Of a DNA stretch of 64,000 bases, positions 1 through 9,546 are shown one piece after another. The first letter of the stretch is position 1; each line of letters starts with the position of its first letter. The translations under genes and the position numbers were made by a program. The DNA lies in assembly GCA_964458565.1 (NCBI GenBank), contig CAYWJO010000001.1:64001-128000 (forward strand). Reading direction: 5' to 3'. The DNA comes from an uncultured archaeon. Lineage in GTDB: Archaea > Asgardarchaeota > Thorarchaeia > Thorarchaeales > Thorarchaeaceae. The notes under the pieces are model-generated. The model was not told the origin of the DNA, ran no database searches, and worked only from the letters and a program-made list of their open reading frames with translations.

Positions 1-527
1 TAGGGTTCACCAATTCTGAAACGTCCCTCATCAATGATCTTACCACAAGTCCTACACTTTGACCGTCCGGATTTTGCAGCTTCGATTTTCCATACTGGTT
101 CAGGTTCCTTCTCAGGGTCCTTCAAGGCATCCAAAAAATCGATTGGTTTGTGCTTGACCATCTTAGATGTCAACTTCAAAACGAATGAGTCATACTCACT
201 CGGTTTGAACAGGATTTCAATATCTCCATTTTTCAAAAGATCTTTCGTAGACATTGCAGGAGGCCACTGTGCCTTGGTCTTCATATACTCCAACATTTGC
301 ATGCTCAGAATCCGATTTGCTTCCTTTTTGGGAATCTCTCTCACTCCACTAGATTCTGCAATCCCAAACGAGGTATCCACATATTTTATGCCTTCGTCTG
401 TCACGCCTCTAGTCTTTGTCAAGACGATACTACCAATGGGAATGGTTTTTTGGTGTTTCTTGAGTTTCAACGACTTCTGGTCAATCCAGTATGCCCATTC
501 GGAATCATAATCTATTCTTTCACTCAA
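1..527 (-). CDS. Partial protein (runs off window start) containing a PARP-type zinc finger
   Basis: Not in the ORF track; translated by hand from TTG at 527: MSERIDYDSEWAYW...WKIEAAKSGRSKCRTCGKIIDEGRFRIGEP, which fits the zf-PARP pattern (ExAKSGRSxCxxCxxxIxxGxxRIG). Confidence 0.8.
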   Translation of the reverse strand, partial: MSERIDYDSEWAYWIDQKSLKLKKHQKTIPIGSIVLTKTRGVTDEGIKYVDTSFGIAESSGVREIPKKEANRILSMQMLEYMKTKAQWPPAMSTKDLLKNGDIEILFKPSEYDSFVLKLTSKMVKHKPIDFLDALKDPEKEPEPVWKIEAAKSGRSKCRTCGKIIDEGRFRIGEP

Positions 528-570
528 TGCGATTCACTCGGTCTATTAGACTGTAGTAAAACAGTAGAAT

Positions 571-987
571 CTATTTTTCTAACAGAGTACGAAAGATATT
601 GTGATGGTCCTCTTCATCAAGTAGTATGCCTTCGAATAGTTTTTTTGTAACATAGTCCTTTTCTTCAAGCGCTTTTTCTATGATACTCTTATAGAAGTCG
701 ATTGTTTCTTCTTCAGCCATCATATCATTAGTAATCATTTGATCAGGTGTGTCACCAACGGTGATTTTTGCAGGATTAGTTGTAGGAATCCCTCCAAGAT
801 AATCTACTCTTTCAGCGATACTCTCAGCATGCTTCATCTCTTCTATTGCAACTTTTTTCAATTCTTCTGCAATAGCGAGATGATCAAAACCATAAATCCG
901 AACATGTTGCCACATGTACTGGATACTGACTTGGATTTCCAGGCTTATTGCTTTGTTTAACATCTCAATCAGTTGTTTAGAAACCAA
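571..987 (-). CDS. Ferritin-like / bacterioferritin-family protein
   Basis: Di-iron motifs EEMKH and DEEDHH; four-helix-bundle size; GGAGG RBS before the TTG start. Confidence 0.85.
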   Translation of the reverse strand: MVSKQLIEMLNKAISLEIQVSIQYMWQHVRIYGFDHLAIAEELKKVAIEEMKHAESIAERVDYLGGIPTTNPAKITVGDTPDQMITNDMMAEEETIDFYKSIIEKALEEKDYVTKKLFEGILLDEEDHHNIFRTLLEK

Positions 988-1106
988 CGCTAAACCTCCA
1001 TCGATGCATTATGTCACCCTTTCTTTATTAAATCAGCTATCTTTGTTTTGTAAAAATCACTCTCAGTACTCGGTCAACCGATGAGAGCGATGGATAGAAA
1101 TGAATC

Positions 1107-2759
1107 CTAGATCTTTGAGCGATATTTACGACGTAAGGTAGGTGATATCTCTGGACTGACGAAATCAGGATCCTCTGATTTATCGATGGATGGTTCATCC
1201 ATAGAATCATCTCTCATCAAAGATGATATCCGGTATCTCCAGAAGATGATGTAACATACAATGAATATTGACAATGCGAAGACTAAACCGATTACCATAT
1301 GAGTTGGACTCAGAAATGAAAGATCAGGCCCATCCTCTGCAATGGAGGCTGGTACTATCTTGAATCCTTCGTTGAGATAATTGATGAGTGTATGAGCAGC
1401 AATTGGTCCCATTAGACTTTTCTCTTCAGAGAACTTGACATACCACACACTGAACAGACCACCTAATATTCCACTGAAGGCGACCTTTACAAAAGCCTCA
1501 CTTGCTGGAAAAATACCCGTTTTCACAAAATCTTGAATAGGCCATGCAATATGCCAGAATCCAAAGATAATTGCCGCAGCAACTATAGCTCTATTGATTC
1601 CAAAACGCTCTTTGAAACCATGATATGTGAGACCGCGAAAATAGGTCTCTTCAAAGATCGCATTGATGAAGAATAATGCGAAATTGTATACAATGAGAAA
1701 GGAATCCATCGCAATAGTGAATTGAGCAGCGACACTAGAATCTAATAGTCCTGTATAGATGACAGTTGAAACAATATTCACCAGGAAGTACTCAAAAACA
1801 GCGAAGCATATTCCTATCAATACTAATGCTCTCAAATGGAATGTGGTCAATCCTAGTACAGGTTCGAATTCGTGATGCCGTAGATACCAGAAGATACCAA
1901 GGAGAACTAAAACCGAGAGGATCTTACTAGGCATGACATTGATTACGGTCTCATCGACATTCCAGATGTAGATGTCAATCTCACGAAAGATATAGAATAC
2001 CGGCAAAAGGAGAAGTGCTAGTGAAAGAAGACTACTACTTGCTACGCGATTCTTTACTCTAGAGACAGAAGAATCTAGGGTTTCGGACGGCCTTACTGTC
2101 TTTTGTCTTCTAAACCAAGGATTACTTAGCGCCAGCCCTGCAATCACAGTGGATACGCCGCGAATAATATGAGCGATGAATGCAAGCCCTTGTGTCTGGA
2201 GCGGAATAAGCACTAATTGACTAATTATCATGAGGACCATTGAGAAAACCATGATATCACTGCGAACTTCTTTGAGACGTCCCGTTCTCCAAGTGACAGC
2301 AAACATAGCTGTCAAAGCTAAAATAACTATCAAAACAAGGACTATGATTAGTGTCATGATAATTTGCTCAGAAGGACCAAATGTACTGACAGAGATGGCA
2401 TAGAGAGATTCTCCTAAAAGAATCTGGCGATGTCTATGTTTGATACGATATGCCCAGATATCTAACAGAACGATAGACATTGGAAATACGCTCAACCACA
2501 CCGAAAATGCTCTGATTTTGAAGATTTCAAGTGTATTGGGAATTAATCCCTGACTTATCGAGAAAAGAATGATTGGATTAATTGCAGCAAACAGAAAGGA
2601 TAATCCAAAGGCAAGCGGGAGATCTGTGGATAGACGATTTTCTTGCCGTTTCCAAAGTAAAAGCAAGTAAGCTCCAACAATAATGCTAACGATTATTGAA
2701 ACCAAGTTAGCAGCATCACCAAGAAGATAATCAAGGCCGATTTGTAGCAAATTCTTCAC
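1107..2759 (-). CDS. Multi-TM protein with C-terminal CPBP (Rce1/Abi CAAX-type) intramembrane protease domain
   Basis: FEETYFRG (EExxxR), FGFWH (FxxxH) and AHTLIN (HxxxN) motifs; extra N-terminal block of about 7 TM helices. Confidence 0.75.
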   Translation of the reverse strand: MKNLLQIGLDYLLGDAANLVSIIVSIIVGAYLLLLWKRQENRLSTDLPLAFGLSFLFAAINPIILFSISQGLIPNTLEIFKIRAFSVWLSVFPMSIVLLDIWAYRIKHRHRQILLGESLYAISVSTFGPSEQIIMTLIIVLVLIVILALTAMFAVTWRTGRLKEVRSDIMVFSMVLMIISQLVLIPLQTQGLAFIAHIIRGVSTVIAGLALSNPWFRRQKTVRPSETLDSSVSRVKNRVASSSLLSLALLLLPVFYIFREIDIYIWNVDETVINVMPSKILSVLVLLGIFWYLRHHEFEPVLGLTTFHLRALVLIGICFAVFEYFLVNIVSTVIYTGLLDSSVAAQFTIAMDSFLIVYNFALFFINAIFEETYFRGLTYHGFKERFGINRAIVAAAIIFGFWHIAWPIQDFVKTGIFPASEAFVKVAFSGILGGLFSVWYVKFSEEKSLMGPIAAHTLINYLNEGFKIVPASIAEDGPDLSFLSPTHMVIGLVFALSIFIVCYIIFWRYRISSLMRDDSMDEPSIDKSEDPDFVSPEISPTLRRKYRSKI

Positions 2760-2906
2760 ATACCTGTTTATTCAAACTACACTTCCGTCGTTTTCTTCGG
2801 TATTAAACACCACAAAAACTCGGAAAATTAAGGAGGGGTTAATAGGCGCAGGAATTATATGAAGGTACGAACATCTAGTTTCTTGTATAAATTAGGAGGA
2901 TAACAA

Positions 2907-3344
2907 GTGGCAGAAATACCCACACCAACTGGTTACTCATCTCAAGCGAAATCTAGACCACTAGGTATAACAATTCTAGCAATCCTCATGATTCTGGGAG
3001 GTCTTCTAAACCTCATGGGAATCAGCGGATCATTCTACTATACGCCCGTATATGGAATTTACACCGCAGTATCAGGCGTGCTAGGACTTATACTTGGAAT
3101 TGCTATGTGGCAATTGATTCCATGGGCTAGAAAGGCTGCAATACTCTGGTATATAATCAGTTTACTCATATCAGCAGTTCTGGTTTTTTACCTCGGAGCA
3201 ATCATCGATACAATATTGCCAGGTCTTGGGACGATGACAGCTATGATTTCAATAATACCCTCACTAGTGATAGGTTTAATCATCATCCTCTACCTCAATT
3301 CAGGTGGAGTGAAGGCGGCGTTTCAGGAAGTAGGTGGCTGGTAG
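2907..3344 (+). CDS. Small 4-TM membrane protein
   Basis: RPLGITILAIL N-terminal motif; four hydrophobic segments; GGAGG RBS. Confidence 0.7.
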   Translation: MAEIPTPTGYSSQAKSRPLGITILAILMILGGLLNLMGISGSFYYTPVYGIYTAVSGVLGLILGIAMWQLIPWARKAAILWYIISLLISAVLVFYLGAIIDTILPGLGTMTAMISIIPSLVIGLIIILYLNSGGVKAAFQEVGGW

Positions 3345-3366
3345 AGTCTAAATATTGAACAATATT

Positions 3367-3399
3367 GAGGGGTCAGTGACCCCTCGAAGTTTTTTTTTT
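3367..3399 (+). terminator. Hairpin plus T-tract terminator
   Basis: gaggggtc-agt-gacccctc stem followed by a T10 run. Confidence 0.75.
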
Positions 3400-3473
3400 A
3401 ACCCGAATGAGATTAATAGTGGATAGTAAAATAGATACTCAATTAACATAATGTAAGAATTGGGGGATTAACG

Positions 3474-3959
3474 TTGTATTCAGAGCAATTCGAGATTCCT
3501 AATGCAAGCATGGAAGAAGTAAAGGACAGAGTAAAATATTGGCTCTCTTCGTTTCAAGGCGCAGAATATCTAATGGAAGTTGTATCTGAGAGACACGTAA
3601 AGATATCCAAAACAAAACATGACCTAAAGATATGTGCGTATGGTTGTATTGTCTACATTATATCAATAGCAGCACTGCCATTCATTGTATTTCCTATGGT
3701 TACGTCCCCTGCTACAGCTCTAACCATGATCTTCACCTACATGCTCGTAATCCTCTTGGTATTGCCAATATTCATTGGATTATTTTGTTTGAAACCCAAT
3801 AAGGCAGAATTTGATGTCAGATTCAGTATGGAATACCCGATTAGAGTGATGATTGTGGCATCCGGAAATATGTTGAAGGATTCCATGTATGATTATGATG
3901 GCTTTAAGGAGGCACTCAATCCAAGCGGGTTTGTTGGAGGACCCGGACTCTCATCCTAG
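3474..3959 (+). CDS. Hypothetical 2-TM membrane protein
   Basis: 161-aa ORF with two central hydrophobic helices. Confidence 0.6.
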   Translation: MYSEQFEIPNASMEEVKDRVKYWLSSFQGAEYLMEVVSERHVKISKTKHDLKICAYGCIVYIISIAALPFIVFPMVTSPATALTMIFTYMLVILLVLPIFIGLFCLKPNKAEFDVRFSMEYPIRVMIVASGNMLKDSMYDYDGFKEALNPSGFVGGPGLSS

Positions 3960-4069
3960 ATGTTCATTACATTCCTCAACAGGTAGTACAGAAGAAATAT
4001 AAAACAAACAAATTCTCCGCATGCAGTACTCACTGGACTATGATTGTAAATTGTTGGAGATTTAGATAG

Positions 4070-4660
4070 ATGAGTGAATCAAGAAATGTCGTAATTGTCA
4101 CTGGGATCCCCGGTGTTGGTAAGACAACTGTCATAAACACAGCTGTAGATATGGTAAAGAAAGAACAGGGGGAGGATGTTCTTGTCCTAAACTTTGGAAC
4201 GGAGATGTTTGAAGTAGCATTGGAAAAGGGATTTGTGACAGATCGGGACCAGCTTCGCAAGATGCCTACTGCTAAGCAGCGGGATGTGCAGAAGATGGCA
4301 GGTGAAAGTATTGCAGAGAAAGCAAAATCTGCAAGAGTCATTGTTGATACTCATACACTTATCCAGACAGAAAATGGGTTTCTCATTGGTCTTCCGGAGT
4401 GGGTTGTACGTGCGATTTCTCCTAAGACAGTAGTATTGGTAGAAGCAGACCCAGCTAATATAGCAAATCGAAGATCAACAGATGAAACACGTACAAGGGA
4501 TGAACAGCTGACCGAAGATATAAGAACCCATCAAGAGATGTGTAGAGGTGCTGCAGTCACAGTTGGTACTCTTACAGGTTCAACAGCAAGAATAATCAAG
4601 AACCGTGATGGTCAAGTAGAGGAAGCTGCAAGACAATTAGCAGACACTTTGAAGGAGTGA
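4070..4660 (+). CDS. adkA: Archaeal adenylate kinase
   Basis: GIPGVGKTT P-loop; RDQLRK, IVDTH and GLP motifs; expected context upstream of DUF106-L34e-cmk-L14e. Confidence 0.95.
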   Translation: MSESRNVVIVTGIPGVGKTTVINTAVDMVKKEQGEDVLVLNFGTEMFEVALEKGFVTDRDQLRKMPTAKQRDVQKMAGESIAEKAKSARVIVDTHTLIQTENGFLIGLPEWVVRAISPKTVVLVEADPANIANRRSTDETRTRDEQLTEDIRTHQEMCRGAAVTVGTLTGSTARIIKNRDGQVEEAARQLADTLKE

Positions 4661-4664
4661 AATA

Positions 4665-5210
4665 TTGGTGCAAGATCTGATTGCGAATTTCGTTGAATTA
4701 ATGAGATGGCCTCCTTTCGCAGGCTTCTTTGTAGTCTTTGTGTCTGTTTCAATATCGTCAATGAGCAATCTTGCTATGAAACGCTTTGCTGATATGAGAA
4801 GACTTCGACGATATCAAACTGAGATAAAGCAGTATCAAGAGATGCAAAAGAAGGCTCAAGAGAGCCAGAATGAAAAGCTCTTGAGAAAAGTAAAGCGTAG
4901 AAAGGCATACATCGATCGAATACAGAGAGAGATGATGACAACACGCTGCAAACCACAGATTATTTTCATTATCCCATTTATGCTGATATTCGCTTTACTC
5001 AGGGGACTATATACTGGAGCTGATGGAATAAGTCAAATCATTGTAGCTGTTATTCCGTTTAATCTCCATAATCTTATCCCACTTCAAAGCTTCGGTCTTG
5101 GAGTTATTGTTCCGGGAGGATTCGGTCTTTATTTCTGGCCATTCTATTTCCTTGCTGGACTAGGACTCTCGTCTATACTGCAGAGAATTATGGGAACGCA
5201 GATAATGTAG
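4665..5210 (+). CDS. DUF106 / EMC3-TMCO1 (Oxa1 superfamily) membrane protein
   Basis: TM, coiled coil, TM, TM layout with a C-terminal WxFYF segment; conserved position after adk. Confidence 0.85.
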   Translation: MVQDLIANFVELMRWPPFAGFFVVFVSVSISSMSNLAMKRFADMRRLRRYQTEIKQYQEMQKKAQESQNEKLLRKVKRRKAYIDRIQREMMTTRCKPQIIFIIPFMLIFALLRGLYTGADGISQIIVAVIPFNLHNLIPLQSFGLGVIVPGGFGLYFWPFYFLAGLGLSSILQRIMGTQIM

Positions 5211-5290
5211 ATAAGCTGAAAGCGTTCAACCGCTCGCCTTTTAAGGGCAAGCCATAGGGACCTTTGAGAGAATACGTGAAGGTGCAATAT

Positions 5291-5566
5291 ATGCCAAGAC
5301 CTGGTCAATTAACAAGAAGTAGGGCAAATCGCACAGTGAAAACTCCAGGTGGAAGAACAACGGTCCATCGTAGAAAGATCTACACAACTCAAGGAACATG
5401 TGCAATCTCAGGTGCTAAGTTACAATTACCAAGAAGCGCTAATCAAGAACTTCGAATGACTTCTAGCCATTCAGCAAGAAGACCAAACCGTCCATACGGT
5501 GGATATGCTTCATCAAAAGCTACACGTCGAAGCATTATCAGAGCTACAAGAAAGCTGCACAAGTAA
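5291..5566 (+). CDS. rpl34e: 50S ribosomal protein L34e
   Basis: MPRP...VKTPGGR...RRPNRPYGG; ATG at 5291 preferred over upstream TTG. Confidence 0.9.
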   Translation: MPRPGQLTRSRANRTVKTPGGRTTVHRRKIYTTQGTCAISGAKLQLPRSANQELRMTSSHSARRPNRPYGGYASSKATRRSIIRATRKLHK

Positions 5567-5643
5567 TGCCATGACATTTATACGATGCTCTTTAGAGAAG
5601 TAAAGTACATTAATTGGCAGAGAGAGCAACATAGGCGACTGAT

Positions 5644-6180
5644 ATGAAACACGTGATAACCCTTGGCGGGTTGCATGGGACAGGCAAGAGCTCAGTTGCT
5701 GATAAAATTGCTCGAGAGTTCAACTTGCGAAGAACATCTGCAGGAATGATATTCAGGCAGATGGCAAAAGATAGAGGAATGACATTACAAGAATTTAGTG
5801 AATTTGCAGAGGAGAATGAAGATATTGACAGAGAACTTGATTCTACTCTTGCACGCGAAGCTGAGAAAGGTAAGATTGTTATTGACGGACAATTAGCAGC
5901 ATGGATGGCGAAAGACAATGCTGATTTTAGAATCATGTTGACTGCTCCTGAGAATGTGAGAGTCAGACGGATCGCTGAAAGAGATAGTGTTGATTTTGAG
6001 TTTGCAAGAAATGAAACATTGAACCGTGAGGAAAGCGAGAGAGCTAGATATATGGAATACTATCAGGTCGATATCACGGATTTGTCGATTTACGATCTTA
6101 TTATAAATACGGACAAATTCGCACTTGATGATGTTATAGAAATCATCTTTACTGCTGTTCGAATTCTTTGGAAAGCATAA
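5644..6180 (+). CDS. cmk: Cytidylate kinase (archaeal)
   Basis: GLHGTGKS P-loop; SAGMIFRQMA and YDLIINT motifs. Confidence 0.93.
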   Translation: MKHVITLGGLHGTGKSSVADKIAREFNLRRTSAGMIFRQMAKDRGMTLQEFSEFAEENEDIDRELDSTLAREAEKGKIVIDGQLAAWMAKDNADFRIMLTAPENVRVRRIAERDSVDFEFARNETLNREESERARYMEYYQVDITDLSIYDLIINTDKFALDDVIEIIFTAVRILWKA

Positions 6181-6309
6181 AGGGAGCAAGCGTAACGCTC
6201 ATATTGAGATTCTATTGTGCTTGGAACAATACTCCCTAACCAGAGGAATGGTATTCTGAGGCGACTTAGAGTAATCAGTTTGACCATGGGAAGGCGAGGT
6301 GTAGATAAC

Positions 6310-6585
6310 ATGAAGTTATATGAAACTGGAAGAGTCTGTGTAAAGACAACAGGCCGTGAAACAGGTAGCTACTGCGTCATAGTAGGAGAGAAGGATGGAA
6401 GCTTTGTAGAAATCACTGGTCCAAAGCATATAAGTGGAGTAAGGAGACGGCCCTGTAATATCCGTCATCTTGAACCACTAGAGATTAAGATTGAGATATC
6501 CAGTGGTGCTGATGATGATGCAGTACTTAAGGCTCTTGAAAATGCGGGATTGATTGAGAAATTCAGGTCAAAGGTCAGACTCTGA
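6310..6585 (+). CDS. rpl14e: 50S ribosomal protein L14e
   Basis: GRVCVKTTGRETG...GVRRRPCNIRHLEP; GAGGTG RBS before ATG 6310. Confidence 0.92.
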   Translation: MKLYETGRVCVKTTGRETGSYCVIVGEKDGSFVEITGPKHISGVRRRPCNIRHLEPLEIKIEISSGADDDAVLKALENAGLIEKFRSKVRL

Positions 6586-6609
6586 TAACCCTGTTTCTGA
6601 GGTGGTTAA

Positions 6610-7617
6610 ATGCTAGGGCGATTGCCTGCAGATCGACCCGATGACACAATTGTCTTAGTAAGTGATACGACAACTAATCCCGATTTCGGGTTTTCTGATC
6701 TTGATTCATTACCAATACAATATCTACTCAGAAATGGCGTGATATGTCTCGACAAACCAGCAGGACCAACAAGCCATGAAGTTGCGACATGGGTGAGAAA
6801 AATCCTGAAGTCTGATCGCGTCGGTCATGGAGGGACTCTTGATCCTGCTGTGACTGGAATATTACCAATGGGTATTGGAGATGGGACGAAGGTTATGCAG
6901 GCGTTATTACCAGCAGGCAAGGTGTACGTTTGCTTAATGGAGCTTCATGGTCCAGCAGATGAGTCAGATCTAAGGAGCGTAATTGCTGAATTTGTGGGAA
7001 AAATCTATCAAAAGCCCCCACTTCGATCGGCCGTCAAGCGTGTTCTTCGGGTCAGGGAAATTTACTATATTGATATTCTTGAAATTAAAGGTAGATTTGT
7101 ATTATTTAATGTTGGATGTCAGGCAGGTACATACATCCGGAAACTCTGCTTCGATATCGGAGAGGCAATTGGCCAAGGAGCGCATATGAGAGAACTACGA
7201 CGAACACGAGTTGGTAATTTCTTAGAAGATGAACATCTGTGTTCGTTGTATGATTTGAAGGATGCGTATGAGTTCTATATTGAGGATGGAGACGAAACAG
7301 AATTACGTAGATACCTTCTGCCAATAGAATTCGCATTGAAGCATCTCCCTATCATGAAACTTCGGGATTCTGCAGTAGATGCAATCTGTCATGGTGCAGA
7401 TCTTGCGGCTAGCGGTGTTGTGGAAATCTCTTCAGATATTATGAAAGGAGACCTCGTAGCTTTGAAAACCCTCAAAAATGAGGGGATAGCTATTGCGCGG
7501 AGTGAGCATCCAGCTTCCAAGATTTCCACGATGAGGAGCGGGATTGTAGCTAAGATTGAACGCGTGTTCATGGAAAGAGGACGATATCCACCTATGTGGA
7601 AAAAGAAAGAGGCGTAA
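6610..7617 (+). CDS. cbf5: H/ACA RNP pseudouridine synthase Cbf5
   Basis: DKPAGPTSHEV, GHGGTLDP (catalytic Asp), GTYIRKLC and a C-terminal PUA domain; uninterrupted. Confidence 0.96.
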   Translation: MLGRLPADRPDDTIVLVSDTTTNPDFGFSDLDSLPIQYLLRNGVICLDKPAGPTSHEVATWVRKILKSDRVGHGGTLDPAVTGILPMGIGDGTKVMQALLPAGKVYVCLMELHGPADESDLRSVIAEFVGKIYQKPPLRSAVKRVLRVREIYYIDILEIKGRFVLFNVGCQAGTYIRKLCFDIGEAIGQGAHMRELRRTRVGNFLEDEHLCSLYDLKDAYEFYIEDGDETELRRYLLPIEFALKHLPIMKLRDSAVDAICHGADLAASGVVEISSDIMKGDLVALKTLKNEGIAIARSEHPASKISTMRSGIVAKIERVFMERGRYPPMWKKKEA

Positions 7618-7632
7618 TTTGAAGCACAAGAG

Positions 7633-7642
7633 ATTATTTATA
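7633..7642 (+). promoter_or_regulatory. TATA box for the remnant RNase P RNA gene (copy A)
   Basis: attatttata about 25 nt upstream of the P1 5' strand at 7662. Confidence 0.5.
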
Positions 7643-7661
7643 GAAAAATAGTAATGAATTG

Positions 7662-7747
7662 ATGGCTCTGGAGCAGAAGCGCAACTGACGGTACTCATCT
7701 TTAGATGAGAGCTGAGGAAACTCCCGACTACTTGTCGACGCTGGTCC
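7662..7747 (+). pseudogene. rnpB: 5' remnant of an RNase P RNA gene (copy A)
   Basis: 7681-7729 matches 8117-8165 at 47 of 49 nt, including GAGGAAACTCC (CR-I); 7662-7676 is complementary to 10481-10495. Confidence 0.8.
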
Positions 7748-8099
7748 TGTGACCTCTTCCTATTCAAAGGAATAATATCCATGGATGAGAGAAAAGAAGA
7801 TTGACGCGATAAGTCTTGTTGAGAGAGTCAATTGGAGTTAATGTGACACAGTATAATAACTAGTACAAAAAAAAGCGATTGCACTATACCTATTATGCAA
7901 TTCTCAAGAGCCTCCAAAAGACCTTATGTGTAGTTCTCATTACAAGTGCTCTTTATTCATATATATCAAGTATCATTTAAAGATAGCATATTCTTTCACG
8001 AAACGAACTCATTACTGAGTCGCAGAAATGCAATAGCAAGAATACATGTTGAAAATGGCATTCCCAATCCTTATCAACAAAAAAAGAGCTAATGTTGAA

Positions 8100-8442
8100 A
8101 GCCTTGGAGCGAAAGAGCAACTGACGGTACTCATCTTTTGATGAGAGCTGAGGAAGCTCCCGACTCATACCGGCACCAGTCCATTCCGGAAGGTGAGAGC
8201 CTTGCTCTGGAAACAGAAACGACACCCCCAGACAGGATTTGACAATGATACGGTGATTGAATCCGTTGAGGATCCATCTGGTCAGGATGAAACGGTCCAT
8301 CACTGGTGAGCAATCTCAAGAATACATCAATGAAGAGCCGGTCTGAGATGTAGGGTAGAGAGCATAGTTCGATGTTGCAAGCCCATTACATGGTAACGTG
8401 TCATGGGGGAACAGAATCGGGGCTACTCTTCGGACCAAGGCT
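8100..8442 (+). ncRNA. rnpB: Complete archaeal RNase P RNA (copy B)
   Basis: CR-I GAGGAAGCTCC; ACAGAAA and TGAAACG loop motifs; CR-V AACAGAATCGGGGCTA; P1 agccttgg/ccaaggct; P2 gcaac/gttgc; P4 agc(t)cccga/tcggggct. Confidence 0.92.
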
Positions 8443-8579
8443 ACATTACAACATTTAATTGAAAGTTGAGGGGTTAGGAAGTAAAATTAACCAAAGATTT
8501 CTTTTTAATGATATCATGGACAGGGACCAATGGCAAGATAAGACCGAATAACTATTTCTTAATTTAAATTAAATAAAGG

Positions 8580-9488
8580 CTATTCATTCTTATCGAAAAC
8601 AAATCCTATGTCATTGAGTCTTTTCTTAAATTTCTCCTGAATTCTCTTTACTGGAAACCTGAACTCTTTTCCATCCTTTCCGATAACTATCAAAGAACGT
8701 TGCCACTTGTCCAGTAAACCCAGAAAATCTATGACCAGGAAGATTTGTTGATCCACTTTGATTGATTCCTTTACCTCTGATGGAGGGCCATAATAGTTGT
8801 ATCCTTGTGCATTCCAAATCATTTCATATTCTTCTCGTTGTTTCGAATTTAGATATGGGATATATGGTGGTATAACTGATTTGTATTTGTTCAAAATAGT
8901 GACCTTTAGGTTGTTATATATCCACCTTTCTAATTCTAGAAGTAAGAAACCTAAATCTCCCATTACAACTCTTTGTATTGCACCAATAAAGACCATTCCT
9001 TCAGAAAGATTCTTCATATTATCTAAGAATCCCAGAATTGATTCATCATCCAATAATCTCCATTCAGCATTAACTTGGTCAATGAAAATGAATCTGTAAT
9101 TATGGGCAAAGATATTTCTAACATCCTCATATTCATCCCAGAACTTTTATGAGTACCATACACAATCCATTATTCTATGAAAGACGTCTTTCAGAAGGCT
9201 TCTCAGTTCTTCTGCAATTGCATCATCCAAACGGGAAAAGAAAGGAATTGCAAACATCCGACATATATCTTTCTCAGTAAAGGACTCTTTGCGCATTTGA
9301 TTTTCTATATGTCCTCTTTGTCCTCTAGGATCTATTAATATTGACAGTATCTTTTCCAAATTCCTCTTTCCCGATGCTGTGAATTTCCATGCTGCTGCAA
9401 TTGCGCCCTGAAAACTCTCTATAATACCCAAGACTCTAAAAATAAAGTCTGCATGGATTGCATCATACATATCCTTGTTTTTTACCAC
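8580..9488 (-). pseudogene. HEPN-motif protein gene interrupted by one in-frame TAA (9147-9149)
   Basis: ORFs 9147..9488 and 8580..9053 are in the same frame. The linker reads ...VWYS*KFWDEYEDVRNIFAHNYRF... and contains RNxxxH. Visibly more AT-rich than the flanking core genes. Confidence 0.65.
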
Positions 9489-9546
9489 ACCTCCTTTTAT
9501 TGAATCGACTTCAACATTATTTGTGATATATTGTGAATAAAACTCG

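Noticed and set aside
34-650. Plus-strand ORFs 34..510 and 297..650
   Set aside because: Shadows of the minus-strand zf-PARP and ferritin-like genes.
6820-6860. Intron in cbf5 at the catalytic Asp, as in Crenarchaeota
   Set aside because: The GHGGTLDP coding sequence is continuous with no insert.
7977-8319. Short minus-strand ORFs over rnpB
   Set aside because: Antisense to the RNase P RNA with no protein motifs.
9147-9149. Selenocysteine/pyrrolysine read-through or a BHB intron at the HEPN-gene stop
   Set aside because: The stop is TAA, not TGA or TAG, and I see no BHB fold around it.
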